Shown here one piece after another: positions 18,391 to 26,891 of a stretch of DNA of 64,000 nucleotides. The position numbers and the translations under genes are program-made. This DNA is from an uncultured virus (IMG/VR IMGVR_UViG_3300034375_008609) (taxonomy: Duplodnaviria > Heunggongvirae > Uroviricota > Caudoviricetes), in the IMG/VR virus record IMGVR_UViG_3300034375_008609. One strand, 5' to 3'. Position 1 is the stretch's first letter. Each line of letters begins with the position of its first letter. Under the pieces are notes generated by a model. It saw only the letters and a program-made list of their open reading frames with translations, ran no database searches and was not told where the DNA came from.

Positions 18391-20050
18391 TTAAAATACG
18401 CCATGCTGTTCCGTTACGCATTTCTTGTGCCGTGAATTGGCAATATGCTAAGTGAGCTGCGTAAGCATATATTTGATCAGGATCGTGTATATTCAGCTTG
18501 TTGAGTTCACTGATTTTTGTGTTACACAATACTGTTGCAGCATTAGGTGCTAAAGCAATAGCTGGTCTGTTTGCAAGTATTGCTTCTGTAGCAGCTATAC
18601 TATTGTATGTAATTAAACAGTATGCTTTATCAAGTGCTTTCCAAATTGTGTCTGTTGTAACTCTTACACTACGATCAGGTTTTTTTCTAATAACTATTTG
18701 TCTATCAGTGTGGGCTCTAATCTGGGCAGTAGTTATTCTAATCCAGTCTTCTAAACTTTCTCCGTAAAACTTCATTACTTTTTCGCTCGGAGGACATACT
18801 AAAATGTATTCGCCTTCTCTGTATTTTGGAACTTTATAACGCCATTTTGATATTCTGTCGTGTGGACGAGAAATGATTTCGCCTTGCTGTTGTAAAGCAT
18901 TTTTAGTTATACGATGATATTCTTTTTTTGTTGTAGGTTGATAATATCCTGTATCGATAGCATAATAATCTCTATTGTTTTCAATACAATATTTTAGTGC
19001 TTTTTGGCCACCCCCGCCTAGTCCTCTAATAATTAATGTATTATCAGTTCCTTTTTCTCTAGTAAATTCACTGATATAACCGCCGGCACCGATTATAAAA
19101 TCGCTAATATAAGGATCATATTCTAATCCTTTCTTTTCGTAATTAAATTCGCCCTGTGTTGGTGCTATGCCTGCAACTTTGATTCCCATTTTATTTTCCT
19201 CAAATGTTTTAATTTCTTCCTTAGATTTAAAATAGTTTTCACTAGGATCAATCCAACTGTTTACTTTTGCTTTAAAGTAATTTATGATATGAGGAGGATA
19301 ACTTAAATCATTAACAGTAATTACTTTGTTTATATTAGCTTCTAATTTTTTTTTTGATTCCTCTAGTTCGTATTCTAGATAGTTTGCTTTTCCTTTATAC
19401 CATTCTTTTGCGTATTCACAGTCTTGATATTCTTCAAACCACGGACCGCCTTCGGTGTAGTGCAATGCTTTTGGAGTGCCGTCTTCTGGTTCCTTATACC
19501 AACCAACAAGCCAATTCCATTCGTGACTAATTTCTCCAATTTCTTCGTCCTTTAACCAACTAAATCTATGTAAAAACGCACCAGTTTTACGTTCGTCATT
19601 TACAAAATCTTTTGTCACAACAGCATTTGCTGGATGTTCACAATTAATTAGCATCATGCTTGACCAATTTTTTCTTGGATATTGTGTTTGTTGCTTTCCG
19701 TCCATTTTAACACCTTCCTTAGGTGTATAATCGTGCTGGGCACACATTATAGCATACTTGTCGTCTCTTTGGTCGTATAACTTTTTTATATCATCTAAAA
19801 ACACAAAATCACAATCTATAAAAAGTGCCCAACCTTTAAAATTACACAGTTCTGGTATTAAAAATCTTGTAAAGGTAAATTCTGTAGATGCAAGTGCGTC
19901 TACAGGTCTAGTGTATATGCCGGCTTTCCTCAAATCTTTTTGTTTTAATGGTTGTATGTCTACCGGAATGCTAGACTTTTCAATAATAGTTTGCTTTGCA
20001 ACTTGATAAGCAATATCTTCTCTGCTGTCCCAGCCTACAAATACTTTCAT
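18377..20050 (-). CDS. Two-domain glycosyltransferase: N-terminal GT-A (GT8-like) plus C-terminal KpsC/KpsS-like domain
   Basis: N-term VFVGWDSRE, STEFTFTRF, FIDCD, RKNWSS, HYTEGGPWF; C-term ITYNSIAATEAILANRPAI. Confidence 0.75.
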   Translation of the reverse strand: MKVFVGWDSREDIAYQVAKQTIIEKSSIPVDIQPLKQKDLRKAGIYTRPVDALASTEFTFTRFLIPELCNFKGWALFIDCDFVFLDDIKKLYDQRDDKYAIMCAQHDYTPKEGVKMDGKQQTQYPRKNWSSMMLINCEHPANAVVTKDFVNDERKTGAFLHRFSWLKDEEIGEISHEWNWLVGWYKEPEDGTPKALHYTEGGPWFEEYQDCEYAKEWYKGKANYLEYELEESKKKLEANINKVITVNDLSYPPHIINYFKAKVNSWIDPSENYFKSKEEIKTFEENKMGIKVAGIAPTQGEFNYEKKGLEYDPYISDFIIGAGGYISEFTREKGTDNTLIIRGLGGGGQKALKYCIENNRDYYAIDTGYYQPTTKKEYHRITKNALQQQGEIISRPHDRISKWRYKVPKYREGEYILVCPPSEKVMKFYGESLEDWIRITTAQIRAHTDRQIVIRKKPDRSVRVTTDTIWKALDKAYCLITYNSIAATEAILANRPAIALAPNAATVLCNTKISELNKLNIHDPDQIYAYAAHLAYCQFTAQEMRNGTAWRILNESR

Positions 20051-20814
20051 TAATCTCTTCTTTCTATATCATCTTCAGTCAGCTCTTTGCCTAGCCAAAC
20101 TTCAATTACTTTAGCATCTTTGTTATCTATGTTTACTGCTTTATGCCACCAACCTACAGGTATATCAATACTGTCTCCTGGGACTAGCAAGGTGCTAGTT
20201 TTGTTACCTCGTTTGTCTTGTAAAAACATATTAATAACACCGTCTACAACGTGCCAGTGTTCACTGCGTTTAAAGTGTCGTTGATCGCTAAGAGATTTGC
20301 CCTGGTAAAATGTAAGTTCTTTGACTTGCCATTCGCCGTTGCGATCTAATACCTTGTATTCACCCCAAGCACGTTTAGTTATAGGCTTGTCCCAGTTTTT
20401 TAGAATCCAACTACTGCTGTTCTTTTTATCTTCTCCACCTACACCAAAAACAAACTCAACATCAGGATGATTACCGTATACTTTTTGTTCCGGTATGTCT
20501 CCGTTGATTCTATCTCCACCGTTAGCAACAATTATTTTTCCAGTAGTTGTTTGTAGTAAATATCCAATAGCTTTGCTAGTTCCTCCTGTATCATCGTCAG
20601 AAACTAGCATTACGTTGTCAACCATTTCTAAATTTTCAATAATTTTAGCACGTTCTTCAAAGGGCATAAATGCTTGCCCTTTTTTACGAACCAACCATGG
20701 ATCGCTATTCACTCCAACTACGAGAGTGTCTCCTAATTGTTTTGCTGCTTTAAAATATTCAATATGTCCGCTATGAAGTGGATCAAATCCGCCAGATACA
20801 AATACTGTTGTCAT
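20050..20814 (-). CDS. Cytidylyltransferase (TagD/RfaE-like) fused to a cupin (mannose-6-P isomerase-like) domain
   Basis: SGGFDPLHSGH, NGGDR, KKNSSS, then RAWG, LSDQRHFKRSEHW. Confidence 0.85.
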   Translation of the reverse strand: MTTVFVSGGFDPLHSGHIEYFKAAKQLGDTLVVGVNSDPWLVRKKGQAFMPFEERAKIIENLEMVDNVMLVSDDDTGGTSKAIGYLLQTTTGKIIVANGGDRINGDIPEQKVYGNHPDVEFVFGVGGEDKKNSSSWILKNWDKPITKRAWGEYKVLDRNGEWQVKELTFYQGKSLSDQRHFKRSEHWHVVDGVINMFLQDKRGNKTSTLLVPGDSIDIPVGWWHKAVNIDNKDAKVIEVWLGKELTEDDIERRD

Positions 20815-20826
20815 AAAGATATTTAA

Positions 20827-21450
20827 TCAACGCCACCCAAAGATATAGTCTTTTCTGACATTGGTAATTTCGTATGCACCATATGATTTTAAAAACATAC
20901 CTGCACATTCATTTGTGTCGGCTTGTTGTTCACAAACTATAATTGGTTTGTATTTAAGTATTGTGTTCATTGCACCTTTTAAAACTTCAAGTTCATGTCG
21001 TTCACAATCTATTTTAAGTAATCCAAATTTTGGCAGATTTAAATCGTCTAATCTTTTTATTTGTATACTACCAGTGCCAACTTCACTTACAAAACTACCA
21101 CCTGTGTTTTCTGCATCGTATACCATTTCAACTGTGCTGTTTACACTGCCTAATGCAAATCTATTGATATCGACTGGCAATCCGTTTACATTACGCTCAA
21201 GACAAGTATATACTTGTTCGAGTGGTTCAAATGCAATTACACGATCAAATTTTCTAGTTAAAGGTTTTGCCCATAAGCCTACATTTGCGCCAACATCAAT
21301 TGCTAAACTAAAATCATCAACGTATCTATACGCTACATCTCTTACATCGTCTTGATATTCAGGCGGCCCACCTTTTTTGATACGCTTTGCAATCAAGCGT
21401 TCGAAATGATTATCTGAATTAGGCATCCAATAGTTATAAACTAATTTCAT
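20827..21450 (-). CDS. FkbM-family SAM methyltransferase
   Basis: IDVGANVG, AFEP, LKIDCE.HELEVLKGA. Confidence 0.88.
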   Translation of the reverse strand: MKLVYNYWMPNSDNHFERLIAKRIKKGGPPEYQDDVRDVAYRYVDDFSLAIDVGANVGLWAKPLTRKFDRVIAFEPLEQVYTCLERNVNGLPVDINRFALGSVNSTVEMVYDAENTGGSFVSEVGTGSIQIKRLDDLNLPKFGLLKIDCERHELEVLKGAMNTILKYKPIIVCEQQADTNECAGMFLKSYGAYEITNVRKDYIFGWR

Positions 21451-21989
21451 TTTTTTAACACTGTAATATACTTTTGAACATAGATTCCAAATTTTTCTAC
21501 AAGTTTTTTCTTTGTAGTTTTTTCATACTGTGTATTCCATTTATACTCAGAAAGTTTATGTTTCCACCATGTAGGTTCTTCAATAATTAAGTGTGCATTT
21601 CTACCATCACTTAATTTCTTCTTAGCTGGATGACAAGCAATTAGATGATATTGATATTTTTGTGCTCTTGCAAAAAGATCTTTTAATGTAGCTTCTAATA
21701 AGTCGGGTTCTATATGCTCTAAAACATCGCTACTATATATTAAATCAACTTGATCTGGCAACTGTATAGGACTTGTTACTGGATCATATGTGTATAATTT
21801 AATATGTGGATATTTTTCTTTTATTGTTAATGATGTTAGACCTTTACCACTACCAAAGTCTAACATACTTTGTATTTCGCCTGAGTCAAGTAATTCTACA
21901 ACAGGTTTTGGTATTTCTTTACCACTTCCAAATGCAGACTTACTATGTAACTTTTCAAGTTCTTTTAAATATTCTTTACTATGTGCCAT
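21447..21989 (-). CDS. Class I SAM-dependent methyltransferase
   Basis: LDFGSGKG, YDP, DVLEHIEP. Confidence 0.85.
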   Translation of the reverse strand: MAHSKEYLKELEKLHSKSAFGSGKEIPKPVVELLDSGEIQSMLDFGSGKGLTSLTIKEKYPHIKLYTYDPVTSPIQLPDQVDLIYSSDVLEHIEPDLLEATLKDLFARAQKYQYHLIACHPAKKKLSDGRNAHLIIEEPTWWKHKLSEYKWNTQYEKTTKKKLVEKFGIYVQKYITVLKK

Positions 21990-22444
21990 TATAATGTCGC
22001 GTCTTCCATTCCTGCTACACGTAATTTTACAACATTAGTTATCTGCCATTGCTTTTGATCGAGAGCTTTTAAAACGCCTAACCATTTGTTACGTAATAAT
22101 GCAAATTCGTTTATAATCTTTTCATAATCAACAACGTCAGCTTCTCCGTCTACGTAGCGTTCTACATCGCGACTGCTTAATGCACGTTGATAGTTTTCAA
22201 GATATTTTTTAAAATAAGAGCTACGCAATCTGCGTAGCTCTATATTTAAATAGTTTAGAATTGCTTCAATTTCTTGAAGTTGATTGAAACGATGTTCAAC
22301 AATACCTGGCATTTCAGCTGCTGCTTTTTCAACATTACCTACTAACTTACATTCTTTTCTTGCTAAATCTAATTCAGTTTCAAAGTGTTGTATTGCAGAA
22401 GGAATTTTGCCAATGTTTCTTGATACTTCAGAATACCATCCCAT
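21989..22444 (-). CDS. uvsY: Recombination mediator UvsY-like
   Basis: Helical 151-aa protein with YVDGEADVV and KQWQITNVVKLRVAG; adjacent to uvsX. Confidence 0.7.
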   Translation of the reverse strand: MGWYSEVSRNIGKIPSAIQHFETELDLARKECKLVGNVEKAAAEMPGIVEHRFNQLQEIEAILNYLNIELRRLRSSYFKKYLENYQRALSSRDVERYVDGEADVVDYEKIINEFALLRNKWLGVLKALDQKQWQITNVVKLRVAGMEDATL

Positions 22445-22677
22445 TATTCATCCCATTCGTAGTCATCATCGTAGTCAACATCGCTGTCATCTTCTAAATA
22501 GTATTGTATTGCGGCATCTAAAATTTTATCTGTGCCTAAGCATTCTTTTAATGTTAAATCATCAACACCATAGTCTGCTAACATATCAATAAATTTTTCT
22601 GCTACAATATCGATTTGTTTTTTGTCTAAATAATTTTTAAACAAGTTCCAAACATCAACTATTTGATCTTCATTCAT
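22444..22677 (-). CDS. Small acidic hypothetical protein
   Basis: 77 aa with D/E-rich tail, between uvsX and uvsY. Confidence 0.65.
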   Translation of the reverse strand: MNEDQIVDVWNLFKNYLDKKQIDIVAEKFIDMLADYGVDDLTLKECLGTDKILDAAIQYYLEDDSDVDYDDDYEWDE

Positions 22678-23758
22678 TGACTACAGGCTCCTCGTCATGG
22701 TCTACAACTTCTTCGATTGCATTGTCGGTATTTACCATCTGTGCTTCTTTTTGCGGCATATCTGCCATGACCATTTCGAGTAGTTCACCTGTCCAGTTCT
22801 TGCGATATTCTAGTGTTTCTTCTCCGGCGCTATCAATATACTTGTAGCGATTACCTTGTTTTTCTAATAGACCTTTTGCTTCAAACAAATCAAAAAGTCC
22901 ACTATATGGATCCATTCCTGTTTCATAAGGAATTTTTACTTGCACACCTTCAAACGGTTTAGCGTAACGTGTTTTCATAACTTTACACCCTGCACGAATA
23001 CCGTTGACTGTGCTAGTTTTATTACCATCTGCATCTTCTTTTAATTTTAGCTTCTTCATGGCAACAACAATACTAGAAGCATAGATAAAGCCTTGACCGC
23101 CTGAAATCTTATCATCCGGATCAAACATATCTTGCGATGCATATGTATGGTTAGTTGCAACTAGTCCAACGTTGTGTGAACCAAACATGTTTACACAATT
23201 ACGGACTAATGCAGTAAGTGCCTTGGGCTTTCTACCCATGTCACCTTTCATGTCACCTTTGCTAAACTGATCAACATCAGTAGGTGTCAACAACATACCT
23301 AAACTATCAATAACAAATAATACTTTAGGACGATCGTCTTCATCCATGCTTTTGTAATCTGCCATAAATGTTGATACTGTTTTAGCAACGTCATCGATCA
23401 TTGACATGTTTAGTTTAAGTAGTTTGCTCTCAGATGTATCTACATCAAGAGCTTGCAACCATGCTTCGTCTAATGCATTTTCGCTGTCAATAAGAACAAC
23501 AAAAATACCTTGATCTTGTGCATGTTTTACAATATTTCCAGAACAAAAGTAACTTTTACCTGCGCCACTTTCTCCTGCAAAAACAGACACTTTACCTAGT
23601 GGAATACCTTTTTTAAAGTCTCCACTAATTAAATAGTTAAGTGCATAAGAACCTGTGCTGATCCAATCTGTTGGATCATTAAAGCCTGCACTCATACCAG
23701 TGATACTCTTTGTAAGTTGTGTCCTAAACTTACTAGGATCAAAAGATTTTGTAGCCAT
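22670..23758 (-). CDS. uvsX: RecA-like recombinase UvsX
   Basis: ISTGS..LN, GESGAGKS Walker A, IDSENA, VIDSLG, NHTY, SGG. Confidence 0.93.
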   Translation of the reverse strand: MATKSFDPSKFRTQLTKSITGMSAGFNDPTDWISTGSYALNYLISGDFKKGIPLGKVSVFAGESGAGKSYFCSGNIVKHAQDQGIFVVLIDSENALDEAWLQALDVDTSESKLLKLNMSMIDDVAKTVSTFMADYKSMDEDDRPKVLFVIDSLGMLLTPTDVDQFSKGDMKGDMGRKPKALTALVRNCVNMFGSHNVGLVATNHTYASQDMFDPDDKISGGQGFIYASSIVVAMKKLKLKEDADGNKTSTVNGIRAGCKVMKTRYAKPFEGVQVKIPYETGMDPYSGLFDLFEAKGLLEKQGNRYKYIDSAGEETLEYRKNWTGELLEMVMADMPQKEAQMVNTDNAIEEVVDHDEEPVVNE

Positions 23759-23782
23759 ACATACCTCCTAAAAAGCGTAAAG

Positions 23783-23818
23783 GCTGTAGACTTGTTTACT
23801 AAAAAACAAGCCTACAGC
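23783..23818 (-). terminator. Stem-loop between gp32 and uvsX (partial terminator or RNA-processing site)
   Basis: GCTGTAGGCTTGTTT...AAACAAGTCTACAGC (one G-U pair on the minus strand), weak U tail. Confidence 0.55.
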
Positions 23819-23825
23819 GTTGTTT

Positions 23826-24806
23826 TTACTGATTTTGACGTGCTCTGATCATTGCAAGAATGTCGCTTGCGCCGCCTGCAGATTCAGCAGGTGCTGCTGC
23901 TGGAGCAGGTGCTGCTTCTGCTGCTGCTTCTTCAGTTGACTTAAAAGGAATGTCATCTTCTACTGGAGAAGGTGTTGGTGCTGCTGGTGCTTGTGCTACT
24001 GGGTCACCTGTTCGTGCAGCCATTCCGCTAGGACGGAAATAATTGCTCCAACGATCTGGATCATATACTTCACCGTCTACACTTGCTTCAAACATTTCAG
24101 TAAGAACTTTAAGCTCAACTTCGCCTGGTTTTTTAGGAAGGAAGTCGTTTAGATTAAACAGACCGTGTGTGTTTACTGCTGCCATCTCTGCATCACCTAG
24201 TGGACGCTCTCTACGTGCCCAATTACTTGCGCCATAATCTGCATAACCGCCTTTGGTTCCTTTTGACAAACGGAAATCTACACCAGCAGTATAATCTGTT
24301 GGTAGTTCTTCCATATCAGGATCCATTAGTGCTGCTTTGATTAATTGGAAAATTTGTGGACCAATGATGAATCTACGAATGGGATTCTCTGGTTGAGAAT
24401 CTTCTTTTAATGGATCATCTACAACAAAACCTTGGAAGATGTAAGAACGCTTTTTCCAATACTTACGACCCATGTCTTCAAGACTTGGATCTTTGAACCA
24501 ACCACGCACCTCTTGTAGGATTGGGCAAGATTCACCATACATTTCCATACATGGAACTTGCACTTGAACTGGGCGTGAACTTGTATCGCCTTTTACACCC
24601 GCAAATGGAAGTTTGATCATCAAACGTTCTTTCCAGAAGAAAGTGTTTGATGCATCGCCATCAGGCAAGAAACGCAACGTTGCAGTGTCGCCTTCTTTCA
24701 TATTCCAAAATGGGTAAATTGCGTTGTCGCCGCCGCTTGAACTTGTGCCTGATGCACGGTTCTCTTGTTCTTTTAGTTTTGCTCTAATTTCAGCTAATGA
24801 TGCCAT
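23826..24806 (-). CDS. Single-stranded DNA-binding protein (T4 gp32-like)
   Basis: LRFLPDGD, C...CP, YWKKRSY, DF.L.K..KGGYADY..S.W; Ala/Pro/acidic tail; strong SD AAGGAGG. Confidence 0.88.
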   Translation of the reverse strand: MASLAEIRAKLKEQENRASGTSSSGGDNAIYPFWNMKEGDTATLRFLPDGDASNTFFWKERLMIKLPFAGVKGDTSSRPVQVQVPCMEMYGESCPILQEVRGWFKDPSLEDMGRKYWKKRSYIFQGFVVDDPLKEDSQPENPIRRFIIGPQIFQLIKAALMDPDMEELPTDYTAGVDFRLSKGTKGGYADYGASNWARRERPLGDAEMAAVNTHGLFNLNDFLPKKPGEVELKVLTEMFEASVDGEVYDPDRWSNYFRPSGMAARTGDPVAQAPAAPTPSPVEDDIPFKSTEEAAAEAAPAPAAAPAESAGGASDILAMIRARQNQ

Positions 24807-24866
24807 AGTTATGCCTCCTTATAATTGCCTATGCATTTGTGCCTAAGTGTGTAGCACATAATAGTT

Positions 24867-24895
24867 ATACTACACAATCTATTTATCATTGTCAA
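24867..24895 (-). promoter_or_regulatory. Composite promoter of gp32: sigma70 with embedded TAAATA late motif
   Basis: TTGACA-ATGA-TAAATA-GATTGTG-TAGTAT (17-nt spacer). Confidence 0.65.
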
Positions 24896-24917
24896 GTGTT
24901 TTTTTGACAATAATATC

Positions 24918-24950
24918 AAAAAGTTAGCCGATTAACTTAAACCGGCTAAC
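24918..24950 (-). terminator. Rho-independent terminator
   Basis: GTTAGCCG/CGGCTAAC stem followed by TTTTT, overlapping the stop codon of the 648-aa gene. Confidence 0.7.
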
Positions 24951-26878
24951 GATTTTAATCTATCTAGTGCGCCTGGTTTTTTTGGTTCTTGTGCTTTTGG
25001 TAGCTCTGCTGATTTTTCAGTGTCTTGTGCTGCCATACGTTTTTTGTCTCTGACAAGTTCCATATACTTAGCACCGTCAGTAGCAATTAAGTCTAATTTT
25101 TCTGCGTCTGCGCTTGCTCGTTTACCATGACCTAATGGATATGTTCTTTTCACTTCCATTGTAGTTGGATCATACAATACGATGCTATTTCTGTATAATT
25201 CAAATTGTGAACGTTCGCCAATTTCGCCTTGTTTAGCCAGTTCAGTTTCTGGATAGCGGCTGTTTGCCGTTTCTTCAGCCTTTTTGTGTGCTATAGTAGT
25301 TTCTACTTTTTTCATAAATTTAGCAGCCGGTTCAACATATTGCTCGCCGTATTGCTTTTCTACCATGGTTAATACTGCTGTTTCGCCTTTAGGAAATGTT
25401 CCGTTTTCTCTATCAAAGTAAGATAGAATGAACTCTCCAATTGGTAATTCTGGTTGTTGAGGTTGATCCATTGGTTCCATGCCTTGTGGGCCTACTTTGA
25501 CATCCATTGTATCATCGTCTGATTCTTTTTTATCTTTATTACAATCACAGTGTTCGCATGTTGGAGCACATGTGCAATCTTCTGCTTTTACGTCTGCACC
25601 ACAGCAATCGTCTGAGCAATACCCTGGTTTTGCTTTTGCTTCGTTTACTTCTTCAGCAAACTGACCCATTAGTTTATCAATTGCTAATTCTACAATTCTA
25701 TTGTAGTCAACTTTGTTTGTTGATTCAAATGCATCAGGAACACCATTGCCGTCTGCGTCTCTCCACCACGAACCAGTTTCGTCATGAGAATCATGTGAAC
25801 AATCACATCCTGGTTTACAGTTGTGCATTTGGCATCCGCAGTCTTTACAATGATATTCTTTATAGCCTTTCATATAGCCTTCGTCTAATATATCATCTAA
25901 GTCAATTGTTTCTACTACGCTTGTGCCTACTAAATTATAAATGTATGGAAACACATCTTTTAATTCTTCGTTAAACTGCTTGATAGTAAGTTGATCAACC
26001 CATGCATCAGATACATTGGTTGGAACTTCTTCCATGACAGCAACTTCATAGTTTTCACTTGCTTCTTTGTAATAGCCTGGTTTTTGTAAGTTTTGTATTT
26101 CTTGTCTTACTTCTTTGATACGCCCTTTTACAATATCTGTGTAGCCTTCTAATGTTTCTGCCATTACACTACTGCGATTCATGTATTGGCTAAACTTGCG
26201 CAATTTAGACATTTCTTCTGACAAACCGGAGATGTATTTGCCAAAGTCGTCATACATATGACCGCCTTCGTTTACATGTAATGCCATTGCTCTTGCACCA
26301 GCTAAATGCTTGTATGGATATTTAAATCTTTCACCTGTTGGTGATTCAATATAAATTGAGCCAATTTTGCTGGTTCTGCTATTAGAACTTTCTACATTGA
26401 TTGGAGCAGAATGCTTGATTGCTATTCTTGCCTTTCCAATTTTTTGATAACTTCTTGTTTCGTTACCATACATTTTAGATTCTGACATTGTATTTTCTCC
26501 GGGGCGATTTTGCGCTAAGTATTCATAATCTCTTTTGTCTAGGTTTGATTTGTTAATATCTCTAACGTCAAATTTAAGCATACGTTTTTTGGCAAAATAT
26601 CTTAATTCTTTTAAAAAATTATACCAATCATCTTGTATTGCTTCTACTTGATTTAACACTAAATCTTTTGCAACAATTACTGTTACGCCATTTTCTTCGT
26701 CTAACGATACACTTACTTTGCCCAATTCATTGCCTTGAGCGTTGTAACTGAACTCAAAAAACCTTGCATCCTCAGGTATATTTGTTACATTACCATTTTC
26801 GTCACCAATGGTAACGTCGGTAAAACGTCCTCTAATTTTATTGAACATATCAGATGCAAATGTTTTAAACTTATTCAT
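24932..26878 (-). CDS. Hypothetical protein (likely late/head-associated) with Cys-rich inserts
   Basis: 648 aa, TAAATA upstream, next to terminase, two Cys clusters, C-terminal LDRLKSLAGL. Confidence 0.7.
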   Translation of the reverse strand: MNKFKTFASDMFNKIRGRFTDVTIGDENGNVTNIPEDARFFEFSYNAQGNELGKVSVSLDEENGVTVIVAKDLVLNQVEAIQDDWYNFLKELRYFAKKRMLKFDVRDINKSNLDKRDYEYLAQNRPGENTMSESKMYGNETRSYQKIGKARIAIKHSAPINVESSNSRTSKIGSIYIESPTGERFKYPYKHLAGARAMALHVNEGGHMYDDFGKYISGLSEEMSKLRKFSQYMNRSSVMAETLEGYTDIVKGRIKEVRQEIQNLQKPGYYKEASENYEVAVMEEVPTNVSDAWVDQLTIKQFNEELKDVFPYIYNLVGTSVVETIDLDDILDEGYMKGYKEYHCKDCGCQMHNCKPGCDCSHDSHDETGSWWRDADGNGVPDAFESTNKVDYNRIVELAIDKLMGQFAEEVNEAKAKPGYCSDDCCGADVKAEDCTCAPTCEHCDCNKDKKESDDDTMDVKVGPQGMEPMDQPQQPELPIGEFILSYFDRENGTFPKGETAVLTMVEKQYGEQYVEPAAKFMKKVETTIAHKKAEETANSRYPETELAKQGEIGERSQFELYRNSIVLYDPTTMEVKRTYPLGHGKRASADAEKLDLIATDGAKYMELVRDKKRMAAQDTEKSAELPKAQEPKKPGALDRLKSLAGLS

Positions 26879-26891
26879 AGTAAAGTATTTA

